Of a stretch of 64,000 bases of DNA, positions 55,575-64,000 are shown piece by piece (position 1 is the first letter of the stretch; each line of letters opens with the position of its first letter). A model generated the notes under the pieces. It did not search any database. It was not told where the DNA came from and saw only the letters and a program-made list of their open reading frames with translations. This DNA comes from Syntrophobacterales bacterium. GTDB lineage: Bacteria; Desulfobacterota; Desulfobaccia; Desulfobaccales; 0-14-0-80-60-11. The stretch lies in NCBI GenBank assembly GCA_023229795.1, contig JALNYP010000014.1:4478-68477 (forward strand), written 5' to 3'. Position numbers and translations under genes: made by a program.

Positions 55575-57860
55575 ATGAGAATCAGAACCACGGTGAAATT
55601 AGCCACTTTTCTCATCATAAGCGTCATACTCATTTATAGCGCTTTCACCGTGGTCATTAACCGAACCGTGGAGAGCAAATACCAGGATTTGAGCACCGCA
55701 TCCGGTATCAGGATTATTTTTGAGCAGTTGCGCTCTCTGACCACCGATTATGTGCTCTACCGGACGGAACGGGCCCATCAACAATGGTGGACGGTTCAGG
55801 GCGACCTCTTGCGGAGGTTGAATACCCCGGAGTACCAGGCGTTCCAGAGAAAATATCAGATTGAAAACCTAGACGACCGCTTAGAGCTGATGGGCGAGGC
55901 CTTCACCAAGCTGACGGCAGCCATCGGGAAAACCGGCTTGAGCGCACCGGAAGCCGAAGCCAACCAAGAATTCCAGAACAGGTTAATCACCCAGATCATG
56001 GTGATCTCCCGGGAACTGGGCACCAGTTTCGATAAATTATCTGACCATATCAACAGGGAGGTGCTGTCGCTGCAGCAACGGAGTACCTGGCTAGATGTCA
56101 TCGCCTTGCTTATTTTGGTCTTATTTATCCTGACGAATTCCATCTTCCTGTCCAGGTCGGTGGTGCAGCCGGTTTTGCAACTGCACGAAGGCGCCGAGAT
56201 CATTGGCCGCGGCAACCTGGATTACCGGGTGGAAACCGCCGGCCCGGGGGAAATCCGGGAACTATCCCAGGCCTTTAATGAGATGGCCGCCAACCTGACG
56301 AAGGTCACGGTATCCCGGGACGAACTGGCCAGGGAAATGCAGGAACGCCAACAGGCCCAGGAGGCCTTGCGGGAGAGCGAAGAGCGGTTCCGGGCCTTCA
56401 TGGATAACAGCCCCACCATTGCCTGGGCCAAAGACGAGGCCAGCCGATATGTATACCTGAGCAAGACTTACGAAAACCGTTTCGGGGTTCGGTTGGCTGA
56501 CTGGCGAGGCAAAACGGATTTCGAGCTTTGGCCGCAGGAGATTGCAGAGAAGTTCCGGAAGAATGACCAGGCAGTTCTGGCAGGCGGCCAAGCCATCAAT
56601 GCCATAGAGGAGACCATAAATCCCGACGGTAGTCACTGTTATTGGTGGAATTTTAAGTTCCCCTTCTTTGACGCCGCCGGGGTGAGATATGTTGGGGGCA
56701 TTGGCGTGGATATCACCGAGCGCCAGCAGGCCCAGGCGGAAATAGAACGGCTGGCCTCCTTCCCCCGATTGAATCCCAACCCGGTTTTGGAAGTCGATTT
56801 TGACGGGAGCATAACCTATTCCAACCCGGCAACCCTGGAAGTTTTAAAGCAAATAGGCCTCCAGGAAGACGTAAGCGTCTTTTTGCCCGGAGATATGGCC
56901 GCGATTTTAAAAGAGGCGGGTGAAACCGGCAAAAGCCATTTCTATCGTGAGCTGGCGATCGGAAAGGCAATCTTTGCTTTATTCATTTTCTTCCCATCGG
57001 ATTTAAATGTGGCTCGTATTTACTCCATAGACATCACCCAGCGCAAGAGAGCCGAAGAGTTCCTGCGCCGGGGCCACGAGGAACTGGAACAGCGGGTCAA
57101 GGACCGGACCGAGGAACTGCGGCAAACCGTGGACCAACTGCAACAAGAAGTGATCGAGCGCCAGCAGGCGGAGAAGACCGTACGGGAATCCGAAGAACGA
57201 CTGCGTTATCTGGCCTCCCAGATCCTGACCGCTCAGGAACAGGAGCGTAAACGGATATCGATGGAACTTCACGAAGGCTTGGGGCAATGGTTGACGGCCC
57301 TAAAAATGCAGTTGCGGCTTATTCAAAATCATTTACCCAAAAAGCCGGCCTCATTAAAGGAGGATTTCGATCAGGCCCGGCACCAGTTAAAGGATATGGT
57401 TGAAGAGGTCCGGCGGATTTCCCGAGACTTGAGCCCGGCGCTCCTGGAGAACCTGGGATTAACTGCGGCCTTGAAGCGTCTCTTGGACGAGTTTAGCAAG
57501 TATCACGAAGTAACGATACAAGTAGATATAGACGACATCCAGAACCTGTTCTCGCCCCAGACCGAGATCAATCTCTTTAGAATCTTCCAAGAGTGCCTCA
57601 ATAATATTGCCAAGCATGCCCGGGCTACTCAGGTTTCAGTTACTATTAAAAGGCAGGATGGCAGAGTAGATTTAATTATCAAAGACAACGGCGTCGGGTT
57701 CGATCTTAAACAAGTGAAGCATAACGAAATAGTTGATAAAGGCATGGGTCTGGCGGCCATGGAGGAACGGCTACGGATGATCGGAGCAAAGCTCAATATC
57801 TTAAGTCAAAAAGATAAGGGGACTGAAATTAGCTTCTCCATCCCAATCGATGCTAACTAA
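55575..57860 (+). CDS. sensor histidine kinase (HAMP-PAS-PAS-HisKA_3-HATPase)
   Basis: EQERKRISMELHEGLGQ, QECLNNIAKHA, DNGVGF, GMGL..MEER. Confidence 0.9.
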   Translation: MRIRTTVKLATFLIISVILIYSAFTVVINRTVESKYQDLSTASGIRIIFEQLRSLTTDYVLYRTERAHQQWWTVQGDLLRRLNTPEYQAFQRKYQIENLDDRLELMGEAFTKLTAAIGKTGLSAPEAEANQEFQNRLITQIMVISRELGTSFDKLSDHINREVLSLQQRSTWLDVIALLILVLFILTNSIFLSRSVVQPVLQLHEGAEIIGRGNLDYRVETAGPGEIRELSQAFNEMAANLTKVTVSRDELAREMQERQQAQEALRESEERFRAFMDNSPTIAWAKDEASRYVYLSKTYENRFGVRLADWRGKTDFELWPQEIAEKFRKNDQAVLAGGQAINAIEETINPDGSHCYWWNFKFPFFDAAGVRYVGGIGVDITERQQAQAEIERLASFPRLNPNPVLEVDFDGSITYSNPATLEVLKQIGLQEDVSVFLPGDMAAILKEAGETGKSHFYRELAIGKAIFALFIFFPSDLNVARIYSIDITQRKRAEEFLRRGHEELEQRVKDRTEELRQTVDQLQQEVIERQQAEKTVRESEERLRYLASQILTAQEQERKRISMELHEGLGQWLTALKMQLRLIQNHLPKKPASLKEDFDQARHQLKDMVEEVRRISRDLSPALLENLGLTAALKRLLDEFSKYHEVTIQVDIDDIQNLFSPQTEINLFRIFQECLNNIAKHARATQVSVTIKRQDGRVDLIIKDNGVGFDLKQVKHNEIVDKGMGLAAMEERLRMIGAKLNILSQKDKGTEISFSIPIDAN

Positions 57861-58001
57861 CCGCGATATTTACGGTTGGAATTACCCGCAGGTTGGAAAC
57901 GAGGTTTTAAGTCCCCCTGGTCTAAGGGGGGTGATTCTTTCCCTATCTAAACTCCCCTTGCTAAAAATGATGACCACGGAAAACAGGTTTTGAAATAACT
58001 T

Positions 58002-59996
58002 CTAGGCCAGCGACACTTTGATCTGGTCCTCCCGGGGGACCACGCGGTCCAGGCGCACCAGGACGGTATCACCCGGGGACAGCCTCAGGCTGGCCGGAGG
58101 GGACATAAAGAGCTCGAGCAGGATATCGGGGAAGATGAGGCGGTAGCGGTAGGGCAGGCTCTCGAGCACCAGGGCCTCCAGCCTCTGGCCGACCCGCCCC
58201 GCCAGGTGTTTCAGGAGCCAGTAGCGCAGCCGCCGGGTTTTGAGTTGCCCGGCCCGGCGCATGGCCGGCTCGATGGTGGCCAGGATCCTCGCCAATTCTT
58301 CGGGGGCGTAGGGCGGGGCCTGCTCGCTCACCGCGGCCAGGAGTTGGCGGTGGATCACCAGGTCCAGGTAGCGGCGGATGGGAGAGGTGGCAAAGGTGTA
58401 GCAGGGCAGACCCAGGCCCCAGTGGGGCGAAGGCGAGAGGTCCATCACCACCCGGCTCAGGCGGCGGCGATCCTGCCAGAGTTCCAGGAGGGTCTTGTCG
58501 GGGAAGGGTTTAATGGGCTCCCGGGGTTCGGGTTGAGAGCGGTAGATGGCGGGGACCTTTTGATCCACCAGGAAGCGGGAGGCCAGGGAATTGGCCAGCA
58601 CCATGGCTTCGGCCACCAGTTGGCGGCTGGCGGTCTCCTGGTCTTCGACGGTCACCTGGATATCGGCCTGAGCCGTGAAGGTGACCCAGACCTCCGGCAG
58701 CTTGAGCTCATAGCCGCCCTCGGCCAGCCGCCGTTCCTTAAGGCGTTGGCTCAGGTGGGCCAGGGTAATCAGCTCCCGGTCCTGCGCCAGGAGGGCGTCC
58801 ACCTCATGGTAGGTCAGGCGGCGGTTGATTTTGATGCGGCTGGGGACGATCTCCCAATCTTTGACCTCGGCGTCGGCGGTCAGGGTCACCAAAAAACTTA
58901 ACCCCAGGCGTTCCCGGTGGGCCAGCAGGCTCACGGTGTCTTCGGAGATGTCCTCCGGCAGCATGGGCAGCCGCCGTTCGGGCAGGTAGATGGAGGTGCC
59001 TCGTTCCTGAGACTCCAGGTCCAGGGGGGTATGGGGCTGTACGTGGGCCGAAACATCGGCGATGTGAATCCCCAGACGCCAGCCTTCCGGCACTTCTTCC
59101 AGGCTCAGGGCGTCGTCGAAATCCCGGGTGCGCTCGCCGTCGATGGTCATCAGGTCCAGGTGGGTCAGATCCCGCCGCCGGGCCGCATAGGGGTCGGGGG
59201 GCGCATCCTGGGTGAGGCGGCGGGCCAGGCCCAGGGCCTCGGGAGAGAACTCCAGGGGGATCTCCAGCCGGTGGAGGTCCAGGTCTTCATCTTCCTGGAA
59301 AACACCCAGCCGCACCAAGAGGCGAAACGGGGCCTCCCCGGGGAGGAGCTTCGCCGCGTCCAGATAGGCCTTTCCCTGGGCGTAATCGGGGGCGTCGGCG
59401 CCTTTGACCGCCATCTGGCGCAAGACCGCCACGACCCCGTCCTGCCAGGGCCCGGCCTCGGCGTGCCGCCCTTCCCAGACCGCCTGCAGCCAGGCGGCGA
59501 TGTCCTCCAATTCCCGGCGGCGGGCCAACTCCCGGCAATGTTGTTCCTGGAGCTGTTCCACCACCTCCGGGGCATTGGGAATGACCAGGCCGTCTTTCTG
59601 CTTGAAGAGAAAACGGTCCTCCCTCAAAGCGCGGCCGGTAGCGGCCACCCGGTCCGGGGAGGTCTGGCCGAACCACAAATCCGCCATCTCGGCCACGGTG
59701 ACGGTCTGGTCCTCTGCGGCCAGCAGTTCCCACAGGTCTTCCAGGTTGATGGAATCCTTGAGAGCTTCGCGCTCTTTGGCGATGTCCTCCAGGCGGGTCA
59801 CCATCTCCCGGCGCGACAAAGACGCCACGGGCAGACGCGGCCCCACGTGCAGAATCCGCTTGCCCGCCACGGTCATCTCCCGGTTGGTCTGGGCCAGCAC
59901 GTGCAGGCGCTCCCCTTTCAATTCCAGGATGAGGCCGCAGATAATCCGTTTCTCTTCGAAAAATTCGACAATGTCGCCGGGTTCCATGGTGGCCAA
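58002..59996 (-). CDS. RNB-domain exoribonuclease (RNase II family)
   Basis: TIDGERTRDFDDALS, HIADV, RGTSIYLP, TSPIRRYLD. Confidence 0.92.
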   Translation of the reverse strand: MATMEPGDIVEFFEEKRIICGLILELKGERLHVLAQTNREMTVAGKRILHVGPRLPVASLSRREMVTRLEDIAKEREALKDSINLEDLWELLAAEDQTVTVAEMADLWFGQTSPDRVAATGRALREDRFLFKQKDGLVIPNAPEVVEQLQEQHCRELARRRELEDIAAWLQAVWEGRHAEAGPWQDGVVAVLRQMAVKGADAPDYAQGKAYLDAAKLLPGEAPFRLLVRLGVFQEDEDLDLHRLEIPLEFSPEALGLARRLTQDAPPDPYAARRRDLTHLDLMTIDGERTRDFDDALSLEEVPEGWRLGIHIADVSAHVQPHTPLDLESQERGTSIYLPERRLPMLPEDISEDTVSLLAHRERLGLSFLVTLTADAEVKDWEIVPSRIKINRRLTYHEVDALLAQDRELITLAHLSQRLKERRLAEGGYELKLPEVWVTFTAQADIQVTVEDQETASRQLVAEAMVLANSLASRFLVDQKVPAIYRSQPEPREPIKPFPDKTLLELWQDRRRLSRVVMDLSPSPHWGLGLPCYTFATSPIRRYLDLVIHRQLLAAVSEQAPPYAPEELARILATIEPAMRRAGQLKTRRLRYWLLKHLAGRVGQRLEALVLESLPYRYRLIFPDILLELFMSPPASLRLSPGDTVLVRLDRVVPREDQIKVSLA

Positions 59997-60061
59997 AACG
60001 TAACAAAATCCCCGGAAAAGTCAAGGAAGGGAGAGGGAGGGTAATGGTCCTAATTTGCCTC

Positions 60062-60260
60062 TCACATAAGCTCTGAGATTGACCATAGGTGATCGGTGCC
60101 CCCTGCGGCCATTGCCAGCCTAATGCGAAGCGAATTATGAACCCGCAAAAATTATAATGGGCGAAGCGTAGGGCCACGGCTGTCTTTAGATTGTCCAATT
60201 CCTTGCTAAAGGCGCTGGACCGAGTGAAGCGGCGCATTTGCATAAGCGTCGCTATTATGC
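60062..60260 (-). pseudogene. IS1-family transposase C-terminal remnant, frameshifted
   Basis: MQMRRFTR..AFSKELDNLKTAVALRFAHYNF, then a frame change to RVHNSLR..AMAAG.TDHLWSISEL*. Confidence 0.75.
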
Positions 60261-60395
60261 CGTTCTCCATATCCCGCCCATAGATTCGCCAGAAAAGGCT
60301 GTTAGGGCGGCGATTGTTCACGATAATAAGGCGTGGAAGTTAAAATAAAAAGGTGGCCCGACGGCCACCTGAAATAGCAAATTTAGATTATCCAT

Positions 60396-60782
60396 TTACT
60401 TTTCTTTTTCTTTTTTCTGCAAAAGTGCACGTACTCCTATTTCAATATGTGCATATACAAATCCTTTCGAATAAATCAGGCTTGCTTCATGTTTTGCAGA
60501 CCCATGCACAATCTTTGGGCTACTTAATGGCTTTAACGAAAAACCATCTATTGTTTCTCCTAATAGACATGCATCCTGGTCTAAAATAGATGTGGGTCTA
60601 AATCTATGTTCTTTTGGTTCTAACTCTTCGCTAATAATAGCTAGTGAACTGATTGCCAATTTAAAAGGAAAAATTGATTGGGTCATTTTACTATCTACAC
60701 GAGGTCTGAATGAAGTAAATTTTCTACATTGCAAGGACACCTTTTGTCCTTCTATTGAGTTGCAAATATCTGTATAAATCAT
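60396..60782 (-). CDS. hypothetical protein (cargo gene 3, possibly degenerate)
   Basis: ATGA overlap with the upstream gene; no family recognised. Confidence 0.5.
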   Translation of the reverse strand: MIYTDICNSIEGQKVSLQCRKFTSFRPRVDSKMTQSIFPFKLAISSLAIISEELEPKEHRFRPTSILDQDACLLGETIDGFSLKPLSSPKIVHGSAKHEASLIYSKGFVYAHIEIGVRALLQKKEKEK

Positions 60783-61270
60783 TGAAGTTCCTCAAAAACA
60801 TTACTATTCCTTATTGTCTGTATGGCTTCAGTTACATTATCGTTATCGCACTGAAAAATATCCGACAGTTCAGACGTAGAATAGTCAATTTTAGTTAATT
60901 CTAGTAAGGCATTGATTTTCGATGCCAATAATTTATGATCAATAACTTTCGGAGTATACGTAAATTGTTCTGCTATTTTATCAAATTCTTCTTCGGACAC
61001 TTGCTCTAATAAAAAGGCATTATAAAACCCATTATAATCCAGAGTCCTTTTTTGTGATAATATTACTTCAACTAACGTATCTTTGACAAATTTAAAATAT
61101 TTAAAAATATTATCAAAATGTTTTTTGAATTCAATAGTACCAGTAATATTTACTTCGGCATCTTCAAGAGTGGGTCCGTACACTCTTACCAAAAGATCAT
61201 ATTTGGGAGATGTAGCATCATCGGTTTCTAATAAATAATTTACTGAACCAGCGTTCCGATAATTATTCAT
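60779..61270 (-). CDS. hypothetical acidic protein with possible C-terminal HTH (cargo gene 2)
   Basis: ATGA overlaps on both sides; YSTSELSDIFQC..DNVTEAI resembles an HTH. Confidence 0.65.
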   Translation of the reverse strand: MNNYRNAGSVNYLLETDDATSPKYDLLVRVYGPTLEDAEVNITGTIEFKKHFDNIFKYFKFVKDTLVEVILSQKRTLDYNGFYNAFLLEQVSEEEFDKIAEQFTYTPKVIDHKLLASKINALLELTKIDYSTSELSDIFQCDNDNVTEAIQTIRNSNVFEELQ

Positions 61271-61593
61271 TGCTTAATCTCCGTATATCCTACTTCGGCA
61301 GCCTTATCAATAAGCCATTTCCCAATACTATAGGCAACATCCGCCCTAAGTAAAATTCCCACTTGAATTTCTCTCACAAACTTCCCGCCTTTCCTACTAA
61401 TTTCTTTTGGCTTATTCTCCCCTATTTCTAACGTTATATTGTCAGGAGCGGTTCGTCTTTCCACGAAAAACTCAACTAGGATATCGCCTGCTGGTATAGG
61501 CCCACCATGAACACCTGTGGCTGCAATCAGCTTGTAGTCGACATTTTGTTCATAAAAAACTGTAATTTGTCTCGGTTCAGGTTTTCCGCCCAT
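61267..61593 (-). CDS. hypothetical protein, DUF3467-like pattern (cargo gene 1)
   Basis: GGAGG RBS; YKLIAATGVHGG.....I.VEFFVER..P...VREIQVGI. Confidence 0.7.
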   Translation of the reverse strand: MGGKPEPRQITVFYEQNVDYKLIAATGVHGGPIPAGDILVEFFVERRTAPDNITLEIGENKPKEISRKGGKFVREIQVGILLRADVAYSIGKWLIDKAAEVGYTEIKQ

Positions 61594-62046
61594 ATTTTAT
61601 CCTCCAGAATATGATTTTATATATCATTCTTGATAGTAGGTCAATTTTAATTTATAGTTCCACCCCCCAAAAAAATCAATGTATACCAAAATTATCAGTG
61701 AATAAATCGCAAAGAATCTTACAAATTTTCTATCAGAAATTGCCTTATTTTTGAAAGAACCTCTGGTTTATTTGACCATAAAATTCCTTGCAAAGCCAAA
61801 AATTAGGGGCAACCAAATCAAATTAGGACCAGAGGGAGCCTGATGCGGGTTCCGGTTTGGATTTTGGGATCTGGGCTTTATATTTGTCGCCGCTTTAGGT
61901 CCCGGCGCCAAGGCGGCTTCCCGATAAGCAAAAAAACTGTTTAATTATCTTCTTATTTAAGCAAGAATAGCAATGTCAGAGGCGTGAACCGTGTTCAGGT
62001 TGCCGCCTTAACCCCAGAACCCAGAACTTAAAACGAAGAACCCATC

Positions 62047-62790
62047 ATGCGCCTGGCCGTTATTGCCGATATCCACAGCAACCTGGAAGCCCTGGACTGC
62101 GTTCTGGGCCAGATCGACCAGGAGGGCGTGGACGCCATCCTGAACCTGGGAGACCTGGTGGGCTACAACGCCAGCCCCAACGAGTGCCTAGAGCTGCTCC
62201 AGAGCCGCAACGTCTGGAGCCTGGCGGGCAACCACGACCTGGCCCTGTTCGATCCGGAACGGGCTCAGCATTTTAACATCATCGCCTACCAGGCCCTGAT
62301 GTGGTGCCGGGAGCAGGTGCGTCCGGAATTCCTGGAATATCTCCAGGGATTGCCTTTGCTGAAAGAACAACCGGGGGTCTTTCTGGCCTGCCACGGCACC
62401 CCGGGCAGCCCCGATACCTATATCGCTTACCATTTCCAGGGCAAGCGGGTCTTAAAGCACCTGTTGCATCAACCGAAACTGCGGGTGTGCTTCTTCGGGC
62501 ACACCCACCGGCGGGCCTTGTGGTATCGGGATATCCGGGGCACCGTGGCCGTCCGGCGGATTTCCCCCGACAAAATGCGGTTATCCCTGAACGAACATTA
62601 TCTCATCAACCCCGGCAGCGTGGGCCAACCCCGGGACGGCAATCCCGAAGCCGCCTACGCCATTTTCGACGACCAGGAGTTCTCCATCCAGTTCAAATCC
62701 GCCCCCTATGATATCCGCGGGGCGCAACGCCGCATCCTGGCCGCGGGGCTGCCGCCTTTTCTGGCGGAGCGCCTGGCCCAGGGGGCTTAG
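62047..62790 (+). CDS. metallophosphoesterase (YfcE/MJ0912-like)
   Basis: ADIHSN, LGDLVGY, GNHD, HG.P, GHTH, NPGSVGQPRD. Confidence 0.92.
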   Translation: MRLAVIADIHSNLEALDCVLGQIDQEGVDAILNLGDLVGYNASPNECLELLQSRNVWSLAGNHDLALFDPERAQHFNIIAYQALMWCREQVRPEFLEYLQGLPLLKEQPGVFLACHGTPGSPDTYIAYHFQGKRVLKHLLHQPKLRVCFFGHTHRRALWYRDIRGTVAVRRISPDKMRLSLNEHYLINPGSVGQPRDGNPEAAYAIFDDQEFSIQFKSAPYDIRGAQRRILAAGLPPFLAERLAQGA

Positions 62791-64000
62791 GTAGTTTTCA
62801 TCCGGAAAGGTTATCTGGATGAAATAATTAAATAAAAGGTAATTTTTCAATCACGTTTTAACTCGGAAAGTGTTATCTTATTTGAAGTAACAGACTGATT
62901 TAATTTAGAAAGATAACTTACCGAGGTTGGCACATGCGTCAAAAACGGGACCCGCAACGGAACCTTTTGCACCTGATGGCGAGGAATAAAGTGGCCCGGG
63001 AACTGGAGGCCATTTCCCTGGTCCTGGACCAAAATCCGGGTGTCCTGGACCTGGTTTTTCGGGACCTGGTGAAATACCAGCGGGTGGATACCGGGCGCGA
63101 CGGCATGACGGCCGAACAGGCGTTGCGTTGCGCCATTTTGAAGCAATACCGGGAATTGACTTATGAGGAGCTGGCCTTTCATCTGGAAGACTCCATCGCC
63201 TTCCGGTCTTTTGCCCGGCTGGGTATGGGGCAATATCCCTGCGGCTCTGCGTTGCAGGAGAACATCAAAGCCATTACCGCCGAGACCTGGGAAGCTATTA
63301 ACCGGGTGCTCCTGGAACAGGCGGCGCAACAAAAAGTGGAGAAGGGCCGCATGGTGCGGCTGGATTCCACCGTGGTGGAAACCCATATCCATCATCCCAC
63401 CGATTCCACCTTGTTGCTGGACGGCATCCGGGTGATCACCCGTCTGCTGCAGGCCGGCAAGACCCTGAAGCCGACGCCGTGGTACAGCTTTACTGATCAT
63501 CAACGGGCCGCCAAGAAACGGGGGTTGCAGATTCTCAACGCCCGGAAGGACCAAGTGAGGCACAAGGCGTACCGGGAGTTGTTGTCCCTGGCCCGCAAAG
63601 TGCTGGGGTATGCCCAGCAGGCCATTACTGAACTCAAAGGATTTGTGGGGGCGAACCTGGAAGAGACCATCGCCGCTCACCAAATCCTGGACCAACTGGA
63701 AAGGGCGGTAGCGCTGCTGTCGCGGGTGCTTTCGCAGACCGAGCGCCGGGTGCTCCGGGGGGAGAAGGTGCCCGCCGGCGAGAAGGTGGTCTCCTTCTTT
63801 GAGTGCCACACCGATGTGATCGTCAAGGGCAGACGGGACACCCAGTATGGGCATAAGATTTTTCTGAGCGGCGGCCGCTCCGGCCTGATCCTGGACTGTG
63901 TCATCACCCAGGGCAATCCCGCCGATGCTGCCATGTTCCCGGATTTGCTCACCCGGCAGGAAGCGATCTATGGCCGCATTCCTCTGAAGACCGCGGCGGA
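62791..64000 (+). mobile_element. ISNCY-type insertion sequence, left part
   Basis: Abrupt AT-rich segment after the stop at 62790 with hairpin TTCATCCGGA...TCTGGATGAA, followed by a transposase. Confidence 0.7.
62934..64000 (+). CDS. ISNCY-family DDE transposase (truncated by window end)
   Basis: Not in ORF track (no stop in the window): MRQKR...GRDGMTAEQ.LRCAILKQ...YEELAFHL.DS..FRSF...VRLDSTVVET.IHHPTDS...EKVVSFFE.HTD...YGHK...GNPAD...TAAD. Confidence 0.9.
   Translation, partial: MRQKRDPQRNLLHLMARNKVARELEAISLVLDQNPGVLDLVFRDLVKYQRVDTGRDGMTAEQALRCAILKQYRELTYEELAFHLEDSIAFRSFARLGMGQYPCGSALQENIKAITAETWEAINRVLLEQAAQQKVEKGRMVRLDSTVVETHIHHPTDSTLLLDGIRVITRLLQAGKTLKPTPWYSFTDHQRAAKKRGLQILNARKDQVRHKAYRELLSLARKVLGYAQQAITELKGFVGANLEETIAAHQILDQLERAVALLSRVLSQTERRVLRGEKVPAGEKVVSFFECHTDVIVKGRRDTQYGHKIFLSGGRSGLILDCVITQGNPADAAMFPDLLTRQEAIYGRIPLKTAA

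Larger units (their letters stand above)
60040..61830. mobile_element. non-autonomous IS1-family-derived cargo element
   Basis: AGAGGGAG duplicated at 60032-60039 and 61831-61838; left end GGTAATGGTCCTAATTTG; right end CAAATTAGGACC (12-bp IR); internal transposase remnant; AT-rich cargo. Confidence 0.75.

Noticed and set aside
59287-60321. 344-aa ORF on the minus strand
   Set aside because: A chimera of the IS1 transposase remnant and an off-frame reading of the RNase II gene.
1-64000. CRISPR array, tRNA, rRNA or prophage
   Set aside because: No regularly spaced repeat-spacer array, cloverleaf, rRNA signature or phage structural gene was seen; the repeats found are dispersed palindromes.

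Overview
GC-rich bacterial chromosomal window. Gene content (sigma54 regulators, an EF-G paralogue, large SRP RNA, PEP-CTERM protein, a Sec-type UGA) is consistent with an anaerobic Desulfobacterota/deltaproteobacterium; this is inference only. It holds about 60 CDSs, mostly housekeeping or metabolic (nagZ, ihfB, ndk, fusA paralogue, pdxA, proC, ispG, purB, iscU/iscS-like, dtd, RNase II), two binding-protein/histidine-kinase loci, many REP-like palindromes and an ISNCY transposase at the right edge. Items most worth following up, several absent from the ORF track: (1) a hidden 85-aa HMA-domain selenoprotein (U-S-G-C, in-frame UGA followed by a hairpin) at 9506-9763; (2) an orphan GTP-derived pterin/pteridine-like biosynthetic operon (RibA-RibD_C fusion, MDR dehydrogenase, atypical PTPS, glycosyltransferase, methyltransferase) interrupted by an AT-rich proteasome-beta-like Ntn-hydrolase gene; (3) an IS1-derived cargo element with IRs and an 8-bp target duplication carrying three unknown AT-rich genes; (4) two tandem paralogous microproteins sharing RLKGHPGHACGPK; (5) an IscS whose PLP lysine is replaced by Gln; (6) a candidate sigma54-dependent anti-SD sRNA; (7) dispersed E1(ThiF) and JAB components of a ubiquitin-like system. 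All calls come from reading motifs by eye; no searches were run.
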